Translations under genes and position numbers: made by a program
The notes under the pieces: generated by a model
Told to the model about the DNA's origin: nothing
Seen by the model: only the letters and a program-made list of their open reading frames with translations
The model's database searches: none
Assembly (NCBI GenBank): GCA_028534125.1
Contig: CM052817.1
Coordinates: 22,260,001 to 22,324,000, forward strand
Source: Lama glama
Lineage: Eukaryota
DNA length: 64,000 nucleotides
Direction of reading: 5' to 3'
Shown: positions 12,291 through 24,673 of the stretch, piece by piece
Position numbering within the stretch: the stretch's first letter is position 1
Layout: each line of letters starts with the position of its first letter

Positions 12291-13244
12291 AATAGAAAAA
12301 CAGAAATTTGGAATTGTTTTATAGACATTGAAATAGATAGGTTTAATAGTACTCGATTAATTTGGGGATGCAGTTTCTTTCCTGATTGAAACTGCAGTTT
12401 CAATGGCAATTTCTTCAACTGAGATTGAAATTGAAACTTCAATTCCAGTATAGGTAGGTAAATAAATATGAATGCCTATTATTCAGGGAGATGTAGTTAA
12501 TTGTTATAATAGTATCGATTTAGACCCAAAGTAAAAAAAAAAAAATGCCCAGTAACATGGGTTTGTCCTCAACACTTAAAACAATTAGAACCATACACAA
12601 GAAACACTAGAATTTCAATCTCTACCTTTCAGTGTGTGTTTCATAATAAGATTTTTATACTAGATGATGGTTATTGGTGTCATTATGTTTCATATCTGGG
12701 AAATATTATTTGTGAAGAAAGAACAATTAGTAAAAGGCCTACAGTGTCATATAAATGTGATGGTACTTATGTAATTCTCTAAAATGCAGGAGAAATTTAT
12801 TAGGCCTTGCTTGCAATAAAAACTTAATTAAAAATTTAGATGATCAGGATAAGCTACTTGGGTGGGGAAAGACTTTACAAGAATCCACCACACAGTATTT
12901 AGATTGTTACCCAATGAAAACACAGTCAACAAAGATATCACAACAATTTGTAAAATTCATGTGTGATAAGAAAAATTGTTCATCGTTAACTGAAAGCTTT
13001 TATTTAATCTTTTACCATTGGTATAATATATTCCAAGGTTATTTTCCAAAGGCAAATAATGTACCAATTTTTTTAAAATCAGTTATTCTTCTATTACATC
13101 ATAATTTTGATAGTTGCTTTGCTTTATACTTTGCCAAGGACCTGCTGGGTATTTAGACACCTGCAGTTTGCCCAGAGGATGGTAGAAATAGAAATGGACA
13201 TAATTGTAAAATTGTTACTATTTTGTAGTAACACAGGGAGGAGT

Positions 13245-13912
13245 TGGTAGAAGCGAATAAGAATTAAAAAATAAGAGTCTTAATTCTCCCTGTTGAAAGT
13301 AAGGGAAGAGACTCCTCCAACCAACATTTCTCTCTTCTTAGAGCATTTGTTTGAGAAAAACTTAATTATAAGCTTTTTCTGTATGTCTTTGAAATGTATG
13401 TAAATTGCTTTAAAGCTAATTAAGCTCCCTGCCAGCTTTAAGACTCAGGAATGTCTTTCTCAAGACTCGGGAACCATCTCTTTGATATGCTATCATCAAG
13501 GAAGACAGCATCTTTATCTCCAAGTATCTGTGGAAAGGTAGGAACCTAAGGTCAGCGAGCGCCTCACAGCAAGTTGGGAAACTAGCTCTTGTCCTAAAGA
13601 TAAAAGTTTAGTTTCCACTCTATAGCACCAGTAAGCTTAACATAAATGGTGACCCCTTCACCAAGTGAGTTTAAGATGAACTTGGTAGGACGAATGCTGT
13701 TGTCAAGTCCCCTTACCTGAGGACTAGTTATTGTTTATCTTGAGAAGATTTATGTAATGATGAGCATCTGATTGGCTATATAAAAAGATACAGTGTCTAT
13801 CTTTCCACAGTCTCTTTCCACATCACATTCTAGTTTGTTTCTTTATCTTCTATCTTTGTGCAGAAGTTTTTAAGATTGGAAGATTCTGTTTTTAATTATA
13901 TTTCCTCAATAC
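13245..13912 (+). mobile_element. MER34-like ERV1 solo LTR
   Basis: ttagagcatttgtttgagaaaaactt...ctttgaaatgtatgtaaat...gaaccatctctttga...TATATAAAA; shares motifs with 6385-6880. Confidence 0.75.
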
Positions 13913-14959
13913 AACCTAAATATCAAAGAATAGCAAAGTTAATAATTTTGATGTTCACTCCATCACTGTAAATTGGAGTGTTAGATTTAACCTCCATCTT
14001 CCACTGAAAAATAGTTGGCACATCTAAAAAAGGTATCACAGGATAAATACCCTGTGATCTATGAATGTAAGCATATTTTTATTCATGAAAATAATCTCTC
14101 TTAAAGCTAAAATGTAATTTTTCCTCTATTAAAGGATTTTAAATCACTGAAATGTACTACCAGTACGTTTCCTGTTTCCAATAAATTAAGTTATGGAGGA
14201 AAATGGTTGATTGTAAACTTGGAACAAAGGTTTCATTTGAATGGAAAAAAATACATATATCCCTATGTAATGTTGTTATACTTAAAAGCTTATAACCAAA
14301 CATAACCTCTTATAGCAAATCCAATAGTAAAAACTGGAAAAAAACACAACTAATAAGAAATAATATCGGAAAATGGACAACATTGTTTACAAATACAATT
14401 GAAATGTAAAAGAAGAATTCTATATATAATCTATTAAAATATACTTTATGTAGCAAGTTAGTCTTGTGTTATGTTTTTAAATTAGATTTTATTCTTATTT
14501 ATTTATCCAAAAAAATTGCTAAGTCTCTCCTTATAAATCCCATTTATCTCATGTATTTTCATGGTATGTTCTGAAGAAATATTGAAAGGAAAATATATGC
14601 CAGAAACCATTTGGTAGATTATATATTTGACTTAGATATGTGTATGAATAATATTTTCAATGAATTTCAATGTATCATAAGTTCAGGGAAAAGTGTTTCA
14701 ATTTTAAAAATAAATAGCTATACTGGTCTCAGCATAATTTAATATAAGCTTCGGCTACTTTTCCATTTTATTCTAATTCTTTCTTTGATGTTTCCGGATG
14801 ACCTCTCGCAAGTAACTCAATTTTCTGTGCATTTTCCACTTTTGTCTACTAAGTATTTCTGCTGCTCTTATAGCAAACAAATATCCTGCTGTTTTCTTCA
14901 TTCATTCATTCATTCATGAATTCATTTTTTTAGCTACTATATATTAAATGCATATTGAA

Positions 14960-15995
14960 TGCCACATGTCATCCTACATACATTCTCACCTCCACTTGGG
15001 TATCTAATTGGCATCTCATACTCTCCAAAATTTATGCCAAAACTACCTCTTCCCTAACATTAATTTTTAAAGTGAAAAGTGGTCCTCATTTTATGGAATG
15101 GTATTTCCAAACACCTAGTTTTCAAACTATAAACCTGAGGTCCTATTTCCTCCACCTTTCTTTCATCACAGCCTAGGCATTATCCAGTTCTGCCTATTTT
15201 AACTTCTAAATAATTTGAATCTCTTTGCTTTTCTGTACCTCCACGGATACCAGCACAGACCATTCTCCCTGGTCTCTACCTAAGGAAATGCATTCTTTCT
15301 TAGTTGTTTCCCTAAGTGCATTCTTCCCTCCTTCAATTTGCTTTTCATTCTGCAGCCAAAGTAGCATCTATACAATGGAAATACTGACTCCCCCACCACA
15401 TCCTGTTTTAAAATTTTAACAGCTTTCCATTGAGGTGGCATAAAAACGATCATTTTACATGAATTAAAAGAATATACGTGATTTGATCCTTGCTCATTTT
15501 CTTTTTTACATTGTCTCCAATACAACTCCTTTTCCACCCTACATTCTTCCTGATGTTTTTCTTTGTTCCTCAAATGATTTATGCTCCTTTCTACCAGGAA
15601 TATTCTGTCCTGTCTTTTTCTCTTCTTGGAATAAACTTCCCTCCTTCCTCACCTACCCTATTGTCACAAATCCTTCAAAGTTCAGTTCTTTCATGATCTC
15701 ACTGAGATTTATCTAAACCTCTAGACTTAAGTCAAGGCCTGTGGTATATGCTCTCATAGTAATTTGTAATTTTCTCAAATATCATTTATTGTCATTTTAA
15801 TAAATAATCATGTACTTGATTCTTCAATTTCTGTCTCTTATTCTAGACTTCAAGCTCAAAAAAGTGGTTCCTTGCCTTATTCATAACGCTAAAACTCTAA
15901 ATGCAGCTCTGTAAATACAGTTATGTAAAAGTGGCAAGTTTAGCACCTAGCACATAGTATGTGGTCAATAAACATATGACAAATAAATAATTGAA
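14960..15995 (+). mobile_element. degenerate LINE-2 3' region
   Basis: acctccacttgggtatctaattggcatctca..., pyrimidine-rich body, ending agcacctagcacatagtatgtggtcaataaa. Confidence 0.6.
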
Positions 15996-17155
15996 TATAT
16001 AGTATAACATTTAATTTATTATCATTTCATATTTTCAGCCATAAACCTGTATAGTTTAATGTATTATTTCTCAAATAAATACATTGAAGGATCTAGACAG
16101 GAGAAACAAAGAAAAGAATAATATTTTCTCAATTTTTAGCTGTTCATTTCTTATAATTTTAAAATTTGCTAGCATCTCTCTTTCTTTTCTTCCTTCCTCT
16201 CGGTGCATATGTTTATGGTGCACAGCCTCAGGGATACAAAAGAGACTATGATCACAAGAGTGAAAATGAAAGTCTTCACCTCTGTTTGAGCAATTAAGTG
16301 AGTGACCAGATGCCTTCCAATTAGGTGGATGAAACTACACACAGTAATTGGTTTATTTTATTTTCTGAATTGAATATTTATTTTACTAAGTAAACCATTT
16401 GATAGTTTTAACAAATCAATGAAGTCAAAATATTTAAACGTTGTTTTAATGTAGGCAGAATCTAATACAAATAAAGACTTTTCCCTTATACCTAGGAAAA
16501 GTTGGGCCAAATATTGAAATAGGTTATTCACCCAACATAGACACTTCAAGATTTTTTAAAAATCCAATTAATCATAAGCATGTGTAATGTGACCATCTGG
16601 TAATTTTAAAATGCCAAAATTACTATGTTGGGCAAAAGGTTTAAGACCAACTTTTGCCAAGGCAATTTTATTTTTCTGTAAGAAAAGATGCCCTCTGTCT
16701 GTCCTGAACTAGACAGCATTTTAAAGATGTCCTGGAATTGATCGGTGAAAGAGTGCCACTTCGCTTCCCTGATCATTCTTGGTACATTGAGGTGGATTGA
16801 AAGAGCTGAAAGTTAAGAGAGGGTTTGTAGTTAACTGGGATCATGTGTCTCCTCCTGTCTCCTTCCTTCTATTCTTGTAGCCCCTGAATTTTCACAGATT
16901 GAAATAACTTGGTTGTTGTCCCTCCTTTGGTTCTATTGCTTTAAAGATTTTCTAAGAATGAGAATGAACAGAGAGCTTACAAACATTAGAAAGATAAATA
17001 GCACATGCATGCTTGGGAAAAGTGGAATTGCTACTCATCTTCTTAGGAAGGAGGGGCATGTTGGGGATGGCAGCCAAGGTCATGAAAGTGGACAGTGACT
17101 AAAGGTTGTGCTTTATTAAGAGCTCTTCTCCTTCTCCCTTCCTGATAGTTCTGTC

Positions 17156-17156
<1 letters not shown>

Positions 17157-17186
<30 letters not shown>
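17157..17186. repeat. (TG)15 microsatellite
   Basis: Direct reading. Confidence 0.95.
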
Positions 17187-17189
<3 letters not shown>

Positions 17190-17545
17190 TTGTTTTTTAT
17201 TGGCTGGTCCATTGGACCATTAGGTCCATTGGACTTAAATGTAACAGTTTTATTATTTACTTCCTCCTTTCCTTTCAAAGATTTTCTCAAGAAAATTTAG
17301 CCGGTTCTGTATTTTGAACTATCATCTTTTTATTTTATGCACATCTAGCTGGTATCTCCAGATGTTATTTCTCTCTTGACCCCAAACACTAGATTTTTTT
17401 AACTAATAAATCTAATAAATACCTCTTCTTGGATATTTCATAGACAGCTTGAACCCAGTCAATAAGTGTTATGACATGACTAGATGATTTCTTGGCACTC
17501 CTTGAAGCAGAGATAAGGTTAGGGAGTTTTTCCCACAATCTAGAT

Positions 17546-17761
17546 TAGGGTTTCTCTACTTTGAAACTGCTGACATTTTGGGGGCCAGACAATTCTTTGT
17601 TGTGGGGGCTTGCCCTGTGCATCATTTGATAGTTACTATCATGTTTGGTCCCTATCCACTAGATTCCAGTAGTAGCCTGCTTTTTGATATGCCAAAAAAT
17701 GTGTCTAGACATTGCCAAATATCCCACTGGGGACAAAATCACCCTTAGTTGAGAACCACTG
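17546..17761 (+). mobile_element. MER20-like hAT-Charlie non-autonomous DNA transposon
   Basis: Terminal inverted repeats (tagggtttctc / gagaaccactg), internal gacattttggg...aattctttgttgtgggg and gacattgccaaat, and an 8-bp TSD atctagat/atcaagat. Confidence 0.85.
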
Positions 17762-19720
17762 ATCAAGATGATAAAGATCTATATTAGGACCACAACAGTG
17801 AAAATGGAGGTATAATGAACGCATTTTGGAGGAAAAGTCTACGAGATTAATGACTGAGTATATGAACTTAGAGAGAAGGAAGAATCTCAGGTTGTTTTCA
17901 AGACTGGTTATTAAGGAATTCCTAAGTTTTAAAGTCTCATATCTTTGTAGTATTTTTCTTTTCTATGCCATTATACTATTCTCTTTACCAAGATTTCTCT
18001 TTTGATCTACTTATATATGCTTAATAAAGTTCTAGTAATCTTTGAAGACTAACTCAAATATCACTCACCACCATTGTGAGTATTTCTCCACTCTTAGCAC
18101 TCTAACAGAATATTCTCTTTCTTCTTTGAATCACGAGTTATCACTAGTTATTTTGTGATGAACACATTTCCCATGTCTTTAACAGCAGAAACTTGCATCA
18201 TTTTTATATCTCTTTACACTGCATGTGGTATATAATAAGTGCTTTAAAATGTTGAATGGTTTACTTGATGAATAAGATATGAAACAGGAATATTTTTTCA
18301 TAATGAACAACTATTATTATTATAAAAATTCAATATACCTTAATATTATTATTGATTTTGAAATAATAGGCTAACTGTACAGTCTCTGTATATTTATTTT
18401 CAAACAATTGTTTGAATAGAGCAGATAAAATATGAATATGAAGTATAATTTCAGTAATATAAAGTATGGAAATATAGAACAATTAAACATATCTATCAAA
18501 ACTAGAACTTCATCAAGTAACCCAATAATCATTTCATATAAAGCAAAATAAATGGTCAAAAATGAATGTGATGGAGTTAAGTACTTCTCTAAGAAGCAGA
18601 AATCTTGCTTGACATTAGTCAATGCTATTTTCTTAATATTATCATAGGTTTGATCAGAGAATATGGGTTCAGACTGAAAACGGTGAAGAGAGGCTAGGGA
18701 TAGATTCTATTTTTCATAGCTTAAAAAAAGAAGTCTAAAAATTTAATCTACAGGTATACTTTTAAATTTTCTAGAAAATATGTGAAGGATCATACCAACA
18801 CTTCAGAAAAATATTTATAAAATTATGTTTCAAAATATAACCAGTTCATTATACTCAGAATAAAGGATTAAAATGAACTTTAGGGGCCAAATATTTCAAA
18901 GTAACTTTTACAAAGCTTTGCCTCCATGCCTTGAAACAAGTGAATTGTCTTTCTTCACACGCCCTCTTATTCAGCATCCCCACTGAGTTATTGTAAATTA
19001 TTTCACTAATAAACTGCAGCTTGAATTTCTTTAATCTTCAAAAAAAATGCTTTTCTTTTTATAGTGTTATATGATGGCATTTTGAAGTTATGTAATGTCA
19101 GAGAGTATAATTTTTTAGTTTAAAAATAAACTTTGTATTTTTAAAATTTAAAATACAAAGAAAATGTTTTAGTTTTATTGTGTCACCTAACAAAATTATG
19201 GATTATCTTATCAATATATATCAATGAACTGTTATAATATTTTACATTGTTTAAATCTCAAAATACAAAAATAATTCCACAAACAGTGAAAATTGGAAGA
19301 ATTAAATGTCTGTTTTATCTACAAGACCTCAAAAAATTAGCTCCTTTGGAATGTTTTGCTGAATTTGGAAAAACCAAATCTTGAAATGATCTTTTGTAGA
19401 GAAACAAAGCTCTCTATTCACTACACAGGCACATTATTTAAAATAATTAGGTAATAGAAAATGAAACACTGTATATTTGCATTAATGGTTAAAAAATAAT
19501 TTCCTCTAGCCACTTAGGCAGAACCATATTCCCATTATGCTAATGTGGTTGTTGTTTTCCATACTCAATCTACCTCCATATAAAATTCATTAGCTCCACT
19601 TCAGTGTACAGATTTTTAAATCTGTCATATTGTTATTATCTCTGCCATGGCAAATGTAAAACCCTGGCCTTCTTATATTCACCCTCTTCTACTTATATTT
19701 CACTTTAACACATAATCAGA

Positions 19721-19790
<70 letters not shown>
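19721..19790. repeat. compound (AT)n(AC)10 microsatellite
   Basis: Direct reading. Confidence 0.95.
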
Positions 19791-19869
19791 GTTTGTGTAT
19801 CTTGGCTCTGAAATATGAGGGGTCATCAGTTGATAGTTTCTTTGTAATTAAGACCACAGGGTTTGCTGG

Positions 19870-20070
19870 TTGACTTAAGTTTGAACTCCTCAAGTACTTG
19901 TTACTCATATGGCCTTGGTAAGTTGCATCACCTATCAAAGCTTCAATTTTCTCAATTTTGAACATAGGACCTTTAATTCAGTGCTTTGGGGATAAATGAA
20001 AGAGATACTGCATTTAAAGTGCTTAGCTTGATGGCTGGCTCATAGTAAGCCTTAAATAAACATTAGTCAA
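19870..20070 (+). mobile_element. MIR SINE
   Basis: ggccttggtaagtt...cttcaattttctcaatt core and taaagtgcttagc...tggctcatagtaagccttaaataaacatta 3' end. Confidence 0.7.
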
Positions 20071-20986
20071 AATTATAATTAGATCACTGGAATAGCAGAC
20101 TCTGAGGTTATAAAATCTTCCAAAGCCTGCAATTTCAGACTTCTAGTTAAATTTGAAGTCATACAAAGTTAATGAAAAGATGTAGGCTTAAGAATCTGAG
20201 CATATGTTCGTCAGATAAATATACGAGGGAATAGGACGAGGCAATGGAAGTAGTAAAAATCTTGTGAAAAGGGTCTAACGTCCAATTTTACTACATAGGG
20301 AAAAGAGTTCTGAATGCTTCTGAAGTAGAGGTTATTAGAACACTTTTCAAAGGTCCCACAGTATGAAGGGCTGGTGAAAGGAAGAATTAACCTGTGTGAA
20401 AGAAAGTGAAGCAAAACAAACAAAACAGCTCAACTGATCACCTTCCAGCTGCCACTTTTCCAGTTTAGTGTGTTTCAGCTAGAATAGACTGGTGAACTCA
20501 GTTCTGAAATCAAGCTTTTCATTTGCAATTTTCTACTGCTGGAGGACACTCTCAGGATAATAAAACAGCCCTGCTATTGGAGACCCAACATATTTAAAAA
20601 AAAAAAAAAAGAGCTGCTATCTCCTGATTGCTTCTTTACATTTGGTCTCTTCTCCATTTCATTTTAGTCAAGTTATAATTGCAATAGAGTCTATACCATG
20701 TACATGTTAACCGTGGGTTGCATGAAATCCAAAGAATGAGGTAACAACTGAACTGAGTGCTCCTAAGGGGCAGTGAGAATCTAGCTAAATTAAAAAAAAA
20801 AAAAGTAAGGTGGAATAATATTTCAGGTAAAAAGAATGTTTTGTATAAAGGAGGATGCTTTGTATAAATGCACAGCCTTAGTAGGGGCTGAGGCTATGTA
20901 TTTATGCACACATATAAGCTTCATATATATTATATATATGAGCAAATTCTTAAAGGAGATTTTGTGTTCATTTAAGAAGTTTGAAA

Positions 20987-21712
20987 AGTCTTTAGGATTT
21001 TCTATGTATAAGATCATGTCACTTGCCAACAAATAATTTTACTTTTCTTTCCAATTTAAATGCATTTTACTTATTTTTCTCACCTAATTTCTCTGGCCAG
21101 GGCTTCCAGTATGACCTTGAATAAAAGGGGTGTGCATGTGCATCTTTGCCTCTTTCCTTATCTTAGAAGAAAAGTTTTCAGTTTTTCACAATTTGAGTAT
21201 GATGTTAGCAGTGGGCTTGCCATATATGACATTCAATATGTTGAAGTAAATTCTATACTATACCTAATTTGTTGAGGTTTTAAACATGAAAGTGTGTTGA
21301 ATTTTGTCAAATGCTATTTCTGCATCTTTTGAGATAATTGTGTGATTTTTATCATTCATCCTGCTAATGTGGTGTATCACATAGATGAAGAGTTGTTCAA
21401 AAGATATAATCTTTCAGTTATGCAAGACGAATAGAGATCTATTGTACAACATGGTGCCTATAGTTAACAATACTGCGTTGAAGATGGAATCTCGTGTTAA
21501 GTGTTCTTACCAGAAAAGAAAAGACTCAAAAACAAACAAAAATACAAAGGGGAAGAAGGAGGAAACCCTTGGAGGTGACAGATATGCTATTACATTGATT
21601 GTAGTGATGGTTTCATGGGTGTATACATATGTCAAAACTCATCAAACTATATACTCTAAATATTTGCAGTTTCTTGTGTATCCGTTATACTTCAATAGAG
21701 CTGTTTAAAGAA
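20987..21712. mobile_element. LINE-1 insertion with 5' inversion: ORF2 RT fragment (-) 20987-~21382 joined to 3' UTR (+) ~21383-21712
   Basis: Minus translation LASDMILYIENPKD is an FADDMI-type RT motif; the plus-strand part is an L1 3' UTR; flanked by the direct repeat AAGTTTGAAA (20977-20986, 21713-21722). Confidence 0.8.
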
Positions 21713-23055
21713 AAGTTTGAAATTTATTCTAAAGACGGTTTCTGAAGGACTTGAAGTGGGGAGTCTTGTGATAAGATTTGCATTTTAGAAAGTACTCTCA
21801 GAAGAAAGCAGAAAATAGTTTAGAAAGCTTACAGACCGATATAAGGAGGAGAGAGAGAAATAGATTTCAGGGGGTATTTTGTCTAGAAGAACAGTTTGGT
21901 CTAGAAGACCAAATTAAGGCAGCATTTTAGGAATGGAGAGGCTGGTACAGATTGCAACAAGATTTGGTGACTTCGTGGATGTAATTCGTTGTAATAGAAT
22001 GAATGCATGCCATTCAGAGCAGTCTAAGGTATTTCACAGGTAATATGTGCTCAGGCCATAAGATGCTGACTCGAAGGATCTGGGACTCTTCTGGTATAAT
22101 CAGGTTTTGTTTTTTGTTTTGTTTCGTTTTGTTTTTGTACAATTCGTAAGTTTCAGGATATCCTCCTTTGTAGCAAAAGTTATATATTTAAAATGACAAG
22201 TAGATGATGTTAAATTCATTCCTAGAGACAGTACTCACATTAAAAAAGGCAAAATTTTATGGTGCTTGTGATTTAACTTCCTTTGTTAATCAAACTTCAC
22301 TGGATAAGGTTTACAACAATTCTACAATATTGATCTTTTTTCTCCCCCAGTGATTCAAAAGTGTTCACTGAATGTTGATTTTCCAGCATTCATAGCTAAA
22401 ACTTGATTTCTACAAAAATCATGGAACTCAGCTGACAACTTATTTATTGATATTTGAGTGACTACAACAATATTAAAATTAGAAGAATGATATTATTATA
22501 TAATAAATTCCATTTAAAATAACCTTTATTTGGCAACACTCACCACTCAATATTAATATTATTAAAGATGCTAGTAAATTCTTCTAAAGGTCTCAATATT
22601 GGGATATCATTCAATGTCCAAAATGCTTTATTAGGCCCTTTAAGTAATATATTATTCATTTGATTCATTTGTGAGTTATTATTAGTGAGTTTTTAAAAAA
22701 TCTCATCTGGTAAGAGTATATTGAAAGAATAAAATTGGAAATATTTTTCAAGCAGAGTCAGTTTGAAGGTCTTATGATTTATGAAGTCATACAGAGCGTG
22801 GCACTCAGAAAGGCCATATATTTGAACTTTAAAATTCACACCCTCCCCATTCACATTTTAAAATCTAAGATTGTTTGTGTCTTTCTATGAGTTTGCTTTC
22901 TGAGATAAATTTTGCTTTCTAGGTCTTGCAGTAGCATTAAAAATAAGTATAGAGTTTTGAAAAATTGTGAAAAATGCTTTTAGTGCAGATTTTCCTTAGT
23001 ATTTATTTATTTTTAAATTTACCCTGTTACATAAAATAATTTCTTTCTACTATAG

Positions 23056-23228
23056 CAAGGGTGGGCAAAACCATTGCCTGGGGCCAAATTTAACCACACT
23101 CATCCAGTAACCTATTGTTTATGGCTATTTCTGAGCTACAACAGCAGATGTTAGTAGTTATAACAGAGACCATCTGGCCTAAAATACTTATAATCTGGCC
23201 CTTTACAGAAAAAGTTTGCCAGTTCCTG
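23056..23228 (+). mobile_element. MER58-like hAT-Charlie MITE
   Basis: caaggggtgggcaaa...tggccctttacagaaaaagtttgccagttcctg; 8-bp TSD TACTATAG at 23048-23055 and 23680-23687, beyond the LTR inserted in its end. Confidence 0.85.
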
Positions 23229-23675
23229 TGTTAGGTAGTTAGATAAGTAGGGGCACTGGGCAGATAAAGTGGAGGAGAGGGAGGATGATCCAGAAGATGG
23301 CCATATCCCTGCCTTCAACATAAAGGGGCTTTACTTCTTCTAAATGAGTGCCAGCAAGAAACCGGTCAGAACCCAGCAGGTGCAACTGTGTGGCAGTGAC
23401 AAGGACCTAACTGGACACGATCCAGTGCTCATTGTAATATAATTAGCACTGCAATTTAGGCCCCTCCATGGGTTTTCCTATTTATATCAGGGGTAAGGAC
23501 ACGTCCAAAAGGGAACAAACATGACTAAGCACTTCAGGGGCAAGAGCTGTCAATCAATCAAGAGACCACCTCTAAGTGAGGATAAAAGAGAAAGGACAAA
23601 CAAAGACCCTGCTTTTCTGTTCTTGGATCAGCCTACCTTCACTAGGGTCTTTTCTCATCTCCTTTTAGGATAACA
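23229..23675 (+). mobile_element. solo LTR inserted in the MER58 terminus
   Basis: TGTTAGGTAGTTAG...GGATAACA termini with 4-bp TSD cctg/cctc. Confidence 0.7.
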
Positions 23676-23805
23676 CCTCTACTATAGCATGAGAAATGTC
23701 AGCTACTGTAGGTTGATGAATATTCCAATGGGAGTTTTATTTATTGTAGGACACTCAACTGGGGAAGCCAATCTTGGGGCTTACAAGACTACTGATATTT
23801 CACAT

Positions 23806-24673
23806 TTTTATTGGATTGGGTAGTGTCACTTGAAAAGTCATGTCCATCTAGAACCTGTGAATATGACTGTGAAAACTGTTATCCCTCCAAAACTGGTATG
23901 CTGAGATCCTAACTCCCAATGTGCTGGTGTTACAAGGGAGGATCTTTGGCAGGTAATTATGTTCGAAGGGTGGAGCACTCATGATGAGATTAGTGCCTTT
24001 AAAAAAGACCCCAGAGAGCTCTTTCATGCCTTCTTCCATGTGAGGACACAGTTGAAAAGACAGCTGTCTATTAGCCAGAGAGTGGACTATCTCTAGGCAC
24101 TCTAGACATTGCATCAGCCAATGCCTTGATCTTGGACTTCCTAGCTTCCAGAACTGTGAGAAGTAAATAACTGATATTTAAACCACCTAATCTGTTTTAT
24201 TTTTGTTATAGCAGCCCAAACAGTCAATAAGATGGTGACTTTATTTGTAAATAGGGTCTTTGTAGGTGTCATAAGATTAAGATGTAGTCATACTGGATTA
24301 GGATTACAATCAGAATTAGGGTGGTCACTAAATCCAATGTAATCAATAAGAAGAGGGAAATTTGAGCACAGGCACATACACACGAGAAAGATGATATGAA
24401 GATACAGAAACACAGATACACAGGGAAGAAGGCTGTGTGTCAAAGGAGGCAGTGATTGAAACAATGAGTCCACAAGGCAAGTTAATACCAAGGATTGATG
24501 GCAAGCATCAAAAGCTAGAAGTGGCAAAGAAAGTTTCCTCCCTAGAGTCCTGGGTCTGGCAGACACTTGATTGCGGACTTCCAGCCTCCAGAACTGTGAG
24601 AGAATAAGCTTCTGTTGTTTTACATCACCCAGTTTGTGCTGTTTTGTTACAACAGCCCTGGAAAACTAATGCA
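23806..24673 (+). mobile_element. MLT1C-like MaLR LTR, interrupted by a second MaLR LTR
   Basis: aagtcatgtccatctagaacctgtgaatatgac | gtgactttatttgtaaatagggtctttg...gacttccagcctccagaactgtgagagaataa...acagccctggaaaactaatgca. Confidence 0.8.
23868..24234 (+). mobile_element. MLT1A-like MaLR LTR (nested)
   Basis: gagattagtgccttt...aagaccccagagagct...ccatgtgaggacacag...ccttgatcttggacttcctagcttccagaactgtgag; 5-bp TSD atgac/gtgac. Confidence 0.82.
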
